Below are positions 1 through 13,216 of a DNA stretch of 64,000 bases, in pieces. Where the stretch lies: NCBI RefSeq assembly GCF_004010195.1, contig NC_057718.1, positions 92,977,569 to 93,041,568 on the forward strand, given 5' to 3'. Under the pieces are notes generated by a model that had not been told where the DNA came from, ran no database searches, and saw only the letters and a program-made list of their open reading frames with translations. Every line of letters starts with the position of its first letter. Position 1 is the first letter of the stretch. The DNA is from Chiloscyllium plagiosum. Its lineage: Eukaryota. Position numbers and translations under genes: made by a program.

Positions 1-910
1 CAAATTTGCTGGTGATACTAAGCTGGGTGGCAGGGTGAAATATGGGGGGTGACCTGGACAGGTTAGGTGAGTGGTCAGATGCATGGCAGATGCAGTTTAA
101 TGTGGATAAATGTATGGTTATCTACTTTGGTGGCAAGAACAGGAAGGCAGATAACTACCTAAATGGAATCAATTTAGGTAAAGGGGCAGTACAAAGACTT
201 CTGGGTGTTCTTGTACACCAGTCAATGAAGGTAAGCATGCAGGTACAGCAGGTAGTGAAGAAGGCTAATAGCATGCTGGCCTTCATAACAAGAGGGATTG
301 AGTATAGAAGCAAAGAGGTTCTTCTGCAGCTGTACAGGGCCCTGGTGAGACCACACCTGGAGTATTGTGTGCAGTTCTGGTCTCCAAATTTGAGGAAAGA
401 CATTCTGGCTATTGAGGGAGTGCATCATAGGTTCACGAGGTCAATTCCTGGAATGGTGGGACTACCTTATGCTGAAAGACTGGAGCGACTAGGCTTGTAT
501 ACCCTTGAGTTTAAAAGACTGAGAAGGGATCTGATTGAGACATTTAAGATTATTAAAGGATTGGACACTCTGGAGGGAGGAAACATATTTCCGCTGATGG
601 GTGAGTGACAAACCAGAGGACACAGCTTAAAAATACGGGGTAGACCATTTCGGGCAAAGATGAGGAGAAACTTCTTCACCCAGAGAGTGGTGGCTGTGTG
701 GAGTGCTCTGCCCCAGAGGGCAGTGGAGGCCCAGTCTCGGGATTCAGTTCAGAAAGATTTGGATAGAGCTCTCAAGGATAGTGGAATCAAGGGTTATGGA
801 GATAAGGCAGGAACAGGATACTAATTAAGAATGATCAGCCATGATCATATTGAATGGTGGTGCAGGCTCGAAGGGTAGAATGGCCTACTCCTGCACCTAT
901 TGTCTATTGT
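1..910 (+). mobile_element. CR1-clade (HER-like) LINE, 3' part of ORF2 RT plus 3' UTR, decayed
   Basis: Begins KFAGDTKLGG (FADD catalytic motif mutated). ORF 42-608 has WQMQFNVDKC and LYRALVRPHLEYCVQFWSP, typical of the CR1 RT C-terminus, followed by a CR1-type 3' tail. Confidence 0.9.
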
Positions 911-3900
911 CTGTGTGGGTTGCCCCCACATTCCAGAGATATGAAGGTTAGGTGGGCTGACGACTGTAAACACCCCATGCAGAGCAGGGGAGAGTGGAAT
1001 GCTCTTTAGAGAGTTAGTGCAGAGTTGATGGCTGAATAGCCTCTTTCTGCACTGTATGTAAAACACCAGGAGGATGCCACTATTAAAAAAAATGAAAATT
1101 CAGTCCAATTTGTTGAAAACTTCAAGATATGAAGTCGTCAGTTATTTGTGGAGGAAATATTATGTTCTTTATACTGTGATGCCATTAATAAGAAACATCT
1201 CAATTTTTTTCCATGAAAATCATTTTGTTTTCTGCAACGTCGTATCTGTGAATAAATGATTTTTACATAGCATTCTGAAAATATAACTAAAATACTATCA
1301 TAACAGTTATAGGCTGTTTTCCACACTCAAACAGATCAGATTAATTTTAAAAAGAATAACAGCTAATTAAATTCAACTCTTTTGAAATGATTGTGGCAGG
1401 GTGCAACATTACCGAGCTATGTGACCCACAACCTAGGCTGCGGTGCACTTATTCTCCAAGTCTTGCTGAAATTTAAACTGGGTGGCTCAGTGGGACAGCC
1501 ATGCTTTTCAAAGCTGCTGTCAGCTGCTGTGTCTCCGACTGTGCTTGCTGTACAAGTGGCGTCAGATAAGGTGCCGCGGGAGAAGTTACCATGTTATTGT
1601 GGAGGGCCCTTGCCCTCGAAATATGTAAAATGTGAAGAGGCCAATTGGGTGAAGTGGAAAGCTGCTGGGTTAAAGAGCTAACCTCGTATTCCGTGCTCAG
1701 AAAGCGAAAGGAAACCTCTCAACTGCTCGCCGCTTCTAATGAGATGTCATGTACTTAATAATCGCTGTAGACTTTATTATATTTCCCCTTGAACAAACGC
1801 CAGGCACGCGGGGGCATGCTCATATCATCGGATTGAGGAAGATCATGGGAATTAATATTCAGCAAACAAAACGGGACGGCCAACCATACTAACGTTCGCC
1901 AAATCCAAAGAAAGGCCCGCATTTCACTTGCAGATGCACTGCTTGAAGGGATTTAAAGCCACTGTTTGGAGATCTCTTTCTTTCCACGGCTTAGGAAAGC
2001 GAAGTTCAGTGGAACCATGCATACATGCTCACCTATTAATGGCATGTCTAAATCTGCATTCATTCTAAACCGTTTTCTAACGCGGATTTACCCCAGAACA
2101 AAACAGAGAATGAAATAATCAACATTGCCTGGAAAAAGAAACACTGAGACGACACAGTAACGAGTTAAACAAACATCAATTCTGTTCAAAATACAATTGC
2201 CAGAAAGCAGAAGGTGCATACAGTCAGTTATTGTATCACTCGCTTCCATAATTTTATAAAGACCGGTTTTATTTTTACCCCATGTTGCTTCTTGGTCTGA
2301 CTATTGCACGCAATCTGGACCAAGTCTAATATTTTCCATACTGGGCAATGAGATCACAAACTGACACAGTAAATCAAAACCGGCGGCTCGGCCTTCTTTT
2401 CTACTCTCTTTCTCACAAAAGAAACACGGCAGAAGCAGTTTATGCAGAGGGAGCGTGAAAGGAAAATGAAAACCATATATGTCAGAAAATACTATTCTGT
2501 ACACAGGAGAATCGAACCATCGCCGAGCCAAATGGTTCGTGTGACTGTACAAGCATTATCCCCATCCGAGTCTGAGATAACGAAGCGATACTGTTGTTGC
2601 TGGACAGCTGCTTGGATAATCTGCAAGCGGTGAAGGAAGTGATTAGACGTGGAGACGGATCCGTGAGGTAGTACTTTAGGGGGGCTTTTAAGGATAGCTA
2701 TTTATCCTAATCTGGGCAAGCCTATACAACCAATCCCTGCAACTACAATAGTCACTCAAGATGCAGCCGAGTGGGCAAATAGCTTTTACTGCAATCCAGC
2801 TATAGTTTCAACCATTCCTCCGACTCATGCCAAGCATAATGTGAAGCATATAATCGAAGTCATTTAAAGTGGCAGACCCGGTGATTGCAAATTATTTTGA
2901 AGTTGTGTTTTGAAATTGTTAAGAGTGGGTCTGGAATCAAGTGGAAAGGATTCCAGTAACAGCGAGCATCATTGAAAATACTGGAACAGCCACATCACAT
3001 TATTACTTTGCACAATATTAAATAGAAGTTCCCCAAAATTCACAGCTGACATCAAAATTCGAGGCGTGTGTTTCAGATTTTGTCTTACTTTACATCTTTT
3101 TTTTCAAAAAAAATCTGCATCTCATTTTAGATTCTTTCTAAAGAACTGCCAATCCTGCTGGGGAAATTATTGCAAGAGATTATCTTAAACGTGTTTCGAG
3201 ACACGCATCCACTGTTTTCAATCTATGAAAAAAAATATAGCTGCTGAAGAAATCTGGCTGAGGGAAATGGTTCTTGTGGAAATGCTCCGAAAGACCCGTG
3301 TCCATTCTTGGTCAACCGAGAGACAATGAGAATTCAGATTTATCGTGTCTGAAAGGCCTATTTTGTGACATTGGTTTTGCTGGTTACAGATTTCCTCCGG
3401 CAGCACGGCGTTGGGATAAGGGGAGAGTGAATTAAATTCAAACACACTTGCGGATAGGGTAAAAGACGAATTTCTAAATCCGCCTTTGCGAATTTAAATA
3501 GGCTGACTGCAGTTTGATACGGTCAGTCGCTGCTTGCGCTAGTCTGCCCGGAGAACCGAGGGCACAACAAGCCATCTCGACTCAGCCTTGTCGGGTGATT
3601 GATGCAGTCCCGGCTGCAGTTTATGTACTCAATGTGTCCCTGTGCTGAAACTAATCCCGGGGTGCATTAATCACTGGTTAACATACACGTCCCAACGCCC
3701 TTTCATGACAGTTCCTAATGCAGACACGGTGAAGACAGAAATTAACACTTGCCATCAGCGGGGGGGGGGGGGGTGACAAAAGCCTTCACAATCGCAATCC
3801 CCATCTCAGCGTGCAATGATTTAGTTCCTTTAATGAGCATAATTGTGTATTTTCCAACTGCCTGGGAACTAACTCGTTTACAAATGTCAGAAGGTGTAGA

Positions 3901-4845
3901 AGTATTTTCTGCTCAACGCTCCCAGAAACACGTTTTTTTTTAAAAAGTTACTGGACATTTTCTGGGGGAAATTAAATCACATTGTTCCCATTTAAAATGT
4001 ATTTGTCAATATTCTGGTCCTTTCTGGACTCTCTAAACCAAAATGAGAGTTTTGGTTTAAGATATGAAATCCAAAATATTACTGCCCTAAAACATTTCTG
4101 ACAATTAACAGAAATCGTGTGAATCATGCATTTTCAAAATGCGTTTTCTTTTTCTTGTTTTAAAGCGCGTTGGGATAGCTAGAAGCTGCAGACAATTTGT
4201 TCCGCAGTAATATTTAATGATATTAATGGCTTTATTTTTAAATGTGCCCATTCAGTTATATTCGTTTACACCTCCGAAGCACGACACGAGCCCTTTTTAA
4301 TGGCATTACTATAACCCAGCGAATTGTTTGCTTTAGTCGATTAAAAGGGAAACAAGCTTCAGAAATATACACGCATTAGCCGTTCGTTAATCCAAAATGG
4401 TCTCTTTAAATAAGCATTATGGGACCCATAAAAAAACCCATGCATTATCCACTGAAAGAAATTGGATCCTGTTTGCAAGTGCGTTTTGCAAGAAATAAGT
4501 TCGAAAGGAGGGTCAGTGGACCCGAAACGTTAACTCTGCTTACTCTCTACTGAGAGTTTCCCCAGCAATTTCTGTTCGTGACAATCAATTTCTAACTCAC
4601 AATCTCACTCAAACTGCAATGAGAAACGCGGCCCATCTCAGTGAAAATTGCTTTAAAGTAATCCTGACATCGACGACATTCATTGCCATGCGCGAGTTAT
4701 TTTGGTTTCACTCCTTCGACCGCGAAGAGGAGATCACGTCAGTTTCAGGATGGAATTTAATGGGGGAGGGAATCAATAAAGTAAGTCGGTCAATTTTGGT
4801 TCAGATTTGTAATTTCGCCTCTCGATGTCTCAATACCGGGGTATA

Positions 4846-5046
4846 ATTCCTGATGAAAGACTCTTGCCCGAAACTTCGCTTCTGCTGCTTTTCGGATGCT
4901 TCCTGACCTGCTGTGCTTTTCCAGCACCACACTCTCGACTAAGTTACTATGTTTAGGTCAGAGAGGTGCTGGAAAAGCACAGCAAGCCAGGCAGCATCCG
5001 AGGAGCAGGAAAATCGACGTTTCGTGCGAAAGCCCTTCATTAGGAA
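4846..5046. mobile_element. Inverted pair of short Penelope-like non-autonomous elements (family A) with degenerate hammerhead cores
   Basis: + copy cctgatgaaagactcttgcccgaaac...ttttccagcaccac is followed by a reverse-complement copy gtgctggaaaagcac...cgacgtttcgtgcgaaagcccttcattagg. Confidence 0.7.
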
Positions 5047-6134
5047 GAAGTTATGATGTTACAGACTGCAATTCAAGGCAAGCCATGCACAGTGTAGTTC
5101 TGACACATACAATATACAGCAAAAGCTGAACACTAGCGCCCGCCGGTTCCATACAGTTGGGTTGTTTTTAATCCCCTCGCATGCAACGTCTACACCAACA
5201 GTGACCTTGCTCGATACATCTCTTGTAGTCAATACAAAAAGAAATGACGGTTTATGTTATAGTAAGGCATTCAGTCCTTGCACTTTTAAAAACACAGCCA
5301 ATGCTTTGCACTGATTTATTTAACAACAACTTTGCAGACTTGATGCTGTTTTTCACGAGCTACAGTGAGCTCGCTTCCTTGCAGCACGTCGAATGCTGCT
5401 CCGACAGCTTTAAAGAAAATACAACTACCACGAAATGTAAAACTGAACTTTTTTTTTAAACTTCTGAATGCGTTGCAACTTGTAGCCAAGAGTAGAAGCA
5501 TTCGGAGGTTTTGTTCTGCACTCAGTCACGGCACGTTCGTGTTTTCTGAACTGATCCGTACAGAGACGCGGCAACCTTACCTTGATTGGAAAGCTGTTTC
5601 CTCTCACTCAGGGAAGCCCGTGGGTCGGTGGCATTTTTGCAAAACGGGGCTTATTTTTTTTTTTGCAGTGCAGACTCCCCCCTCAGCAATGCATTTGTCA
5701 TCGAACAGCCAGCGTTACTTGAGACCTCGCCGCTCATTCCCAGCCCTCGACAATAACTGCGCCCCCCCGAAACACACCCCCATCCAAACACCACCCTGCC
5801 CGCGATCTCCACCAGGGGGAGACACCCTTCTATTCAAACTCAAGACATCCTCTCACAATGAGATACGGGCACTCGCGGGGTCAGACAGAGTTTGGGATTT
5901 TCACTTGAATTGCATTTTCTTTATAATACGCTGTCTCCAGGCTGCATAGCTGATTTTTGGGTGCTTCTGTTGTTTTCATTTTCTGATTGAGTGTTATCTA
6001 GAAATTCGATTTTTGAACAATTATCCTTGTTTCCAAATTCCATTACAAACTCGACCCTCCCCATCTGCGTGACCTCCTCCTGGTCTGTAGTGTCCTGTGA
6101 TTGCTGCAAACTTCCACTCCTAGTCTCCATAAAC

Positions 6135-6535
6135 AATTGGAACAATTGGAGTAGGACGTTCGGCTCCTTGAGCCTACTCCACCATTCAACAGGATCATGA
6201 CCGATTCAGCATTCCATTTTCCTGCCCTTTTCCCAGCACCATTGAGTCCCCTCTTGATCAAGAATCGATCTCTCTCAGCCTTCAATATATACATGGACTC
6301 TGCCCCCGCAGCTCCCTGTAGCAATGAGTTCCAAAGACTGACAACCCTTGGAGAGAAGAAATTCCTCCTCATCTCAGTCTTAAATTAGCGCTCCTTTATT
6401 CTGAGACTATGCCCTCTGGTCCCGGACTCTCCCATGGGGACAGCATCCTCTCAACATTGATCCAATCAGGCCCTTTAAGCATCCTGTATGTTTCAATTAA
6501 ATCGCCTCTCATTCCTCTAACCTCCAATGGGTGGA
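6135..6535 (-). mobile_element. CR1 LINE 3' fragment
   Basis: Minus ORFs MRRNFFSPRVVSLWNSL and RGDLIETYRMLKG; same tail family as 1-910. Confidence 0.85.
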
Positions 6536-6894
6536 ATGTCAACCCGTTTACCCTTTTAGTCTCCAGTGTGTCTAAACCTAACGCCATTCCCTACAGCTTT
6601 CTCCCTGTCATAACTTGTTTTTAGGATTCACTCTCTAAACTCCACAACCTTTGTGCTTCAGAAGAAAGATTAACAGAAACAAGGGAGGGCCATTCAGTGC
6701 CCTCCACCCTGGTTCAGATAGTGCATATCCACTTATTCGCTCCCGGCTTATTAAAATACTCGACCTATCTGCACAGCATAGTAAAGACTTTAAAATGTCC
6801 CCTTAAAACCTTTACACCGGTTACTTTCCAGTCACAGAGCTCCAGATAGAATTCGCAGTCCTGGGCTGAAGCAGAGAAATATTATGATCGACCG

Positions 6895-7530
6895 TCCAGT
6901 GCAGTACTTGAGGTAGATCGGATTGAAGATGGGGAGCGCTGCAATATCGGATGTGCCCTGTTTCGGGTGAAATATTGAACCAAATAGGGCATTACGGTGG
7001 CTCAGTGGCTAGCCTCACATCGCCAGGGACCACGGGTTTAATTCCACCCTCGGGCAACTATTTGTGTGGAGTTTGCACAGTCCCCCCTTGCCTGCGTGAG
7101 TTTCCTCTGGGTGCCCCGGTTTCCTCTGACAGTCCAAAGATGCGCAGGTTAGAGTGCAACAGATCATGCAACATTACCCATAGTGTCCAGGGGTGTGCAG
7201 GCTAGGTGGATTCGTCATGGGAAATGCAGGGTTGCGGGGGGGGGGGGGGGGGGGGCGCTGGATCTGGGTGGGATGCTCTTTGTAGGGTCAGTGTGGACTC
7301 AGTTGGGGCGAATAACCTGCTTCCACACTGCAGGGAGTCGAAGTTTTAACTGTCTGTTCCTGTGGGTGTAAAAGCTGAAGAGGAGGGGAGTTATCCCGAG
7401 AGTGCTGGTCAATACTTACCCCTGAATCAACCACCCTCTCCATACACAATATCAGAATATTGATGTCTTCCGGGTTTTGTCTTTTGGCAACAATAACTGC
7501 ACTTCACAAACAGGGGCTCAGGTGCTACAC
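6895..7530 (+). mobile_element. DeuSINE (SacSINE1/AmnSINE1-like Deu domain) relic, interrupted by an HE1 SINE
   Basis: gcagtacttgagg...gagcgctgcaatatcggatgtgcc...tttcgggtgaaatattgaacc before the SINE and gaagaggaggggagttatcccgagagtgctggtcaatacttacccc after it resemble the Deu domain as recalled. Confidence 0.55.
6987..7335 (+). mobile_element. HE1-type tRNA-derived V-SINE
   Basis: tggctcagtgg A-box, ggtttaattcc B-box, tgtgtggagtttgcac V-domain, tttccacactg tail. Confidence 0.85.
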
Positions 7531-8539
7531 AAAGGCAAGTTTTGTTTTATTTCGATGTCACCTTTTGTGGGTCACCTTCCAGTGAACCATTTTGCGATCC
7601 TGCAGTTTTTGATGTGTCAGCATTTTCTTAGCTCATGAAAAATTGCAAAAATCCGTGAAACCTGCTGAGCTCAACCCGGGCTAGCACATCACTTCCTCCT
7701 TTTTTTTTATACAAAAACATCTACCTTTTCCAACTCCTTAAAAAAAAGAAACGTGGAATTTATTCCAAAAGAAAGAGCAGTTGAGGTTGGATCAATTGGA
7801 ATTTTGAACACCACCTTGGAGAGATTAGTTAGGAAAGGTAGCTGTTGGTTATAGGACTGCACTGGGTCAACATAGATTAGGTACAGTGCACCCAGAATCT
7901 AATTGATAGAACCCAGGGTAGAGGGGAGGTTTGCCCACGTTCCTTTCTGGTACTCTTTATTCTTCTCGATTTAAGGTTGACTAAGAAATTGTACCGGATA
8001 CGGGCGGTTGAGGACTGTACCTCATTTTTGTTTTGGCCTGTTCACACGCCTATGCATTTTTGCTTTAACACAACAGTTCCCGAGAAGTGAGCAGACATCA
8101 AATAGAGCTCTGATTTATTTTGACTCTTCAAACGAGTCTGACGGTTCCTGTTAATAAAACAAAGCCCCAGCAATCCACATACACAGCGGACAAAATATAT
8201 GCGTGCGATTTTACTGAACTGGACAGCAGCCAATACATAATACCCCAAAATATATCCCTGTTGCAAGCTTTTCGGGTACCAATCTTTGGAAGGCTGTTTG
8301 CAATTTGGGAACGAAGGGGTGACTTTTTCCCCCAATATTTATTCAAGGCTTCGATCCACGTTCATTGAATTAATCTTAGCCGCTAATTTTAATTTGTATT
8401 CAGACACTAAAACGAATTCCTGCGGCAAATATACTAGGTGTGATTTTCTCACTGAGAAAAGGCAAGTGTGTCACCTTGGAATGGATCACAAATCGATTGA
8501 CCCGTTGCTAATAAATAAGCGGCTTTCATTCTAATTTAA

Positions 8540-8627
8540 AAATCACAAAACATCAGGTTATAGTCCAACAGGTTTAATTGGAAGCTCCTTCATCAGGTGG
8601 TAGTCCAACACCGGCATCTCCAAATCA
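8540..8627. mobile_element. Short Penelope-like element (family B), internally deleted
   Basis: Perfect 15-bp TSD ttcattctaatttaa at 8525-8539 and 8628-8642; caggttatagtccaacagg core shared with other copies. Confidence 0.75.
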
Positions 8628-9410
8628 TTCATTCTAATTTAACAGCCCGATGTCATTTCAACTCATTTAAAGGGGGAGGTGGTGTGCTGTCACTGTTTAG
8701 TGTTGTTGAGTGATCTTTAGTGATCCACTAACACAGACTGTCCCGAATCATTTGGGACAGTCAAACGATTAAACTCTGCGCTTGCTGTCCGAGCGATTTC
8801 TGACCCTTGGTGTTAGCAATGGAGATGTTAATATTCAAATCGATTTACATGTGTTATTTAACTGGAGGGCGGAGTGAGGATGGAGGGAGAAGGTGTTAAT
8901 CCCTCTTGTTCAAAGCTATGAGATTTCAAATGGGAGCCGGGGCTGTCTAATTGTTGCTAAATTTTGTTATTTTTCCCAAAAACTCCACTACCCCATGGTT
9001 TCCCTGCACCCCATCACCAGCACTCCCCTGTCTCTTCTTATTTATCTGGTCACTTCCCACCCTCTCCCCTGCCCCCAATTCCTCCAAACTTCTTTGATTA
9101 GGAAAGGGGCTTGTTTGGTTGGGGGAGGTTGCAAGTTTGACCCGAGCTGATCTCTCACATGTGTGTTCTCTACAGGAGAAACAAGGGGAGGCACGCCCTG
9201 AAGTCATAAACTGTAGCTTCCAAGGAGCACTGACAGTTTTCGTGTGACCTGTGGGACAACGAATATATTATTATTTCAACTGTGTAAAGGATGAGCAGAT
9301 TAACGAGGTGCGCCCCCCAGGCAGACATACGGTCGGCAGATTGCGCTTTGCTGCCGATATCGTTATCACTTAAAAAACGTTGCCCTCAAAAAGGGCTTTC
9401 AGTGATTAGG

Positions 9411-9510
9411 ATAGAGAGAGGAGAGAGAGAGATAGAGTGTGTGTGTGTGAGAGAGAGAGAGAGGAGGGAAGAGAGAGAGAGAGGAGGAGAAGAGAGAGAG
9501 AGAGAGAGAC
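9411..9510. repeat. (GA)n/(GT)n compound microsatellite
   Basis: Direct reading. Confidence 0.95.
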
Positions 9511-10420
9511 AGAAAGCTCTTTGCACCCGGAATACTTTGAAAGCTGGTGAAAATCCTTGTAAGATTTTCAGTGTGAAACTTTCGATCAGACCCTTACTGT
9601 AATTCTCCATTGATGACAGTGTATACGAGGAAGGAAGGTAGAGACAACCTGCACCAATCCATTCCCCCTCTATGAAACTATACCATGGATAGTCCACCCC
9701 CACCATTCCCCAGCCGGTTGTTGTAAGAATAGTGATTGTAAAATAGTTAACATGCAGATGGATGTAATCTGAAGAATATTACATTGTTTGTAACCTGATT
9801 ATATCGTAATTGCAACCATGCAATGGGATCGGTCTCACCTTGTAACCTCCAAAAATCTTCCAGCTTTTCTTTTTGGGAAAAGCAATGCATTGGTGACTGA
9901 AGCATTGATTTGTATAGACGCGGTTGAAATTATTTCATTACTGCCGGGCAGTTGATCTTCTGGTTAATTTCCACAGTTAATTTCGGGTAATTTCACAGAC
10001 TCCCTCGTTTCACAGACGCCTTACGAAGCCTGATTGCCATGTTACAGGAAGCTTAGGAGCGGGGCCAGTGGTGGTGACAATGCACATCTCGGCCAATATT
10101 GTTTAAATGTTCCATTTTGTCCCTGAATAGAAAGCTTGGACTGTTTGTTCTCCCTAAAGCCCATTAATGTCGTGCTTTGGGGGAAACAGTGCTCTGATCA
10201 ATATATACATTTCTCAAAGTAGTTAGAAGAAAAAAAGAGGATCACCATGGAAGTTTTTGTTTTAAATTTGAAGTAAAATGCGATCATTCATTTTATTATA
10301 AATAGATGCATTCCGCAAAGTGGAGATCTTCGAAATCCAACTTTGATTATACTGATTTTTTTTCTCGTCCTGCAAAATAATATTGAACTGATTCTGCCTC
10401 TTTTCAGAGCCATGAACAAA

Positions 10421-11600
10421 CACAGAGTCATACAGCACAGAAACAGACCTTTCGGTTCAACCTTTCCAAACTAGACTCGTCCCACCTGCCTGTACTTGGC
10501 CCCTATCCCTCCAAACCTTCTTCTATTGTGAATTTATATAAATGTCTTTTAAACGTTGCAACTGTACCTGCATCCACCACTTCCGCTGACAGTTTATCCC
10601 ACACACGAATCACGGTCCGTACCAAAATGTTGGCCCTCATGTCCTTTTTAAATCTTTCCCGATCACCTCAAAAATATGCCCCCTTAGTTTTGCACTCCTA
10701 CACCCGAGGGAAAAGACTCTTATCATTCACCTTATCTATACACTTCATTATTTTATAAACCTCAAAAATGTCACCTCTCAGCCTCTTACGCTCCAGCGGA
10801 AAACAGTCCCAGACTTTCCAGTTATTTTAATATCTCAAAACATCCACCCCCGTCAACATCATGCTAAATCTTTTCTGAACTCTCCTTAGTTTAATAATAG
10901 CTGAAAATGTGTTGCTGGAAAAGCGCAGCACGTCAGGCAGCATCCAAGGAGCAGGAGAATCGACGTTTCGGGCATGAGCCCTTCTTCAGGAATGAGGAAA
11001 GTGTGCCAAGCAGGCTAAGATTCTCCTGCTCCTTGGATGCTGCCTGACCTGCTGCGCTTTTCCAGCAACACATTTTCAGCTCTGATCTCCAGCATCTGCA
11101 GTCCTCACTTTCTCCTTAGTTTAATAATACCCTTCCTACATCAGGGTGGCCAGGATTGCACACAGTACTCCCGAAGTGTCCTCAGCAACGTCCTGTATAA
11201 TCACAACATGATGTCCCAACTTCTGTACTCAAAGGTCTGAGCAATGAAGGCAAGCATGCTAAATGCCTTCTTAACCCTCCTGTCTACTTGTAATGCAAAT
11301 TTCAAAGAATTACGTACCTGAACCCCTAGTGTTCTACAACCACTACCCAGGGCCCTATCATTAAAGTCATGTTCTTGTTTGTGTTATCAAAATGCAATAT
11401 CTCCCTTTTACCCAAATTAAACTTCAGCTGCTACTCCTCAGCCCATTGGCCCAATTGATCAAGAACTCTTTGTAATCTTCTTCGCTGTCCACTGTACCAT
11501 TAAATTTGGTGCCATCTACAAACGTACTTACCATGCCCTCCTACAAATTCTCATCCAAATTATTTATATAAATGACAGGCAAAAGTGGACCCAGGACCAG
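10421..11600 (-). mobile_element. CR1 LINE 3' fragment (RT and tail), interrupted at 10900-11110
   Basis: HER-type tail catacagcacagaaacagacc; reverse-complement RT segments similar to LEYCVQSW and FVDGTK. Confidence 0.85.
10900..11110. mobile_element. Fold-back Penelope-like element (family A) with hammerhead core on the - strand (about 10957-10993)
   Basis: Inverted arms gctgaaaatgtgttgctggaaaagcgcagca / tgctgcgcttttccagcaacacattttcagc. Direct repeat tctccttagtttaataata at 10881-10899 and 11111-11129. Confidence 0.8.
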
Positions 11601-11849
11601 CGAAGCAATCGTACAGTTCAATGCTACTTTCACAAGTGGTAGCTCACGGTTTAATTGATGGATAAGTACTTCAATCATATAATGCCAACTCTAGCATCCG
11701 ACAGCCAAAGCAGACTGATTACCATGATACGTATTTCCATATTTGTGTAATTATACAGCTTTCATACTTTGTTTAAGTATTACATAATTAAAAAGTCGCT
11801 GAACGTTCCTGCTAACTTCAGGGTTTATAATGTGTAACTTTCCAACGTT

Positions 11850-12421
11850 CAGACTAAATTTTCGATGGGAGTAGAGTGGACTCTATCGAAGTGAGGTGAG
11901 TGTTTCGGGAGGATGGGGGAACTTTTGCGTGTACTTAAACAAAAGCCTGTATTAGCCGGCAAAAATGTTATTTCATAAAACGGGGTGGTGACTGGGGGCT
12001 GTGCTACTGTCAGCATCGACTTACCCGGGCGTTTTATGCTTTCGCGAATTGCAATCGCAATTTCTAGCAATGCAGTAACTGCTGCCCTCCCTCCTGACAT
12101 TGAGGAGTTGCCAAAAAGGCGGAAAGTCTGGGAGCGGAATGAATCATTTCTGCTACAGGCCAGCCAATGGGGAGAGGAGAAAGCCAGCGACAGACTAATG
12201 AGAACTGCGCAGCGTGACCATCCAGACTGACGTGGAAAAACGCGTAAAATTGATCTGGACTAACTACAGCCTCTAGGATATACAAATTTGCCCTAATCGG
12301 GTGAAGATCACCTTGTGTCTAGCTTGCAGCCCCGTCTGAATATTGTTCCCTCTCCACTCGACTGCTCCAGTGGCGGAAAAGCATTGTGTGTGTGTTTTGT
12401 ATGTGTTTGTGTCTATCCGTC

Positions 12422-12453
<32 letters not shown>

Positions 12454-12638
12454 CACGGCTACAGCCTCTTAGCTCAACTCCATTTCCCAGGTCAGACGAT
12501 ACCAAGAAAAGGGGAAAAAAGCTATCAGCCATTGCAAAAGGAGGATTGTTATTTTCTCTCTCTGTGTCACCCCTCTTTCCCCTCCCCCTGCAAACTCAAA
12601 AAAGAAAGATTGCGGAATACTTCTCGCTTCGTTGGGCG
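11850..12638 (+). promoter_or_regulatory. Probable PAX1 promoter and 5' UTR
   Basis: Transposon-free, CpG-retaining region directly upstream of the start codon, with gccaatgg (~12163), tgacgtgg (~12228) and a (TG)n(GA)n tract at 12422-12453. The TSS cannot be determined from sequence. Confidence 0.5.
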
Positions 12639-12642
12639 ATGG
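12639..12642 (+). CDS. PAX1: Paired box protein Pax-1, coding exon 1 (ATG G)
   Basis: gcgATGG|gtaagc has a good Kozak context and a consensus donor. The phase-1 join to exon 2 gives [10 protein letters not shown], matching the Pax1 N-terminus [10 protein letters not shown]. Confidence 0.85.
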
Positions 12643-13216
12643 GTAAGCAGCGAACTACTATTCGCATGGTTCAGTGGCGTGGGTTTGATAACAGAGCAGG
12701 GAACTTGCTCTGTACACGCGAAGGATCAGAACTGGGGCGAGAGAATTCTCGCCGCTGAATGATTAGACTTCGAGGGACGTTTTTACAATTGGGAAGTGGG
12801 GAGAAAGGGCAAAGCTAGCCCGTTTATTTGATTACAAAGGTTGCGATGTTGGCTAAATATTGAAGGGGGGGGGGGATGGGGAGAGCTGAGATTAATGGCA
12901 ACAGTCAGAATTACAAACGGATAGGACCTGTTTCTGAGAAATAAGGTAGTGTCTGTGTTTTGCAGCGTTATAAATGCTCATGGTAAGGGAAGAGGGGAAA
13001 TCTAACATAATTGGAGGGGTGTTGATAATATGGAAATACTAGAGCCCAAAATGCACCACTTTATAGTTAATTATAAGCCCCCACCCGCGTGGACTTGCGT
13101 CGCAAGCTGGAGTTTTTCATTTGCCTCAAAACTTGCCGGAGGAGCCCTCCGCCGCAGGCCGTTTAGTTAAATATTACTTTATTGTCTCTTCCCGTTCCTA
13201 CCTTCCTGCCCCGCAG

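Noticed and set aside
42..608. Functional reverse transcriptase genes (also 47645-48316)
   Set aside because: Truncated, catalytic motifs altered (FAGD, FTND), with flanking stops and frameshifts.
5365..5949. 194-aa ORF
   Set aside because: GTG start, crosses poly-T runs, and no recognisable motif; likely chance.
7236..7256. Poly-G runs (also 3760-3773) as functional G-quadruplexes
   Set aside because: Simple homopolymers, one inside a SINE; length is unreliable and there is no supporting context.
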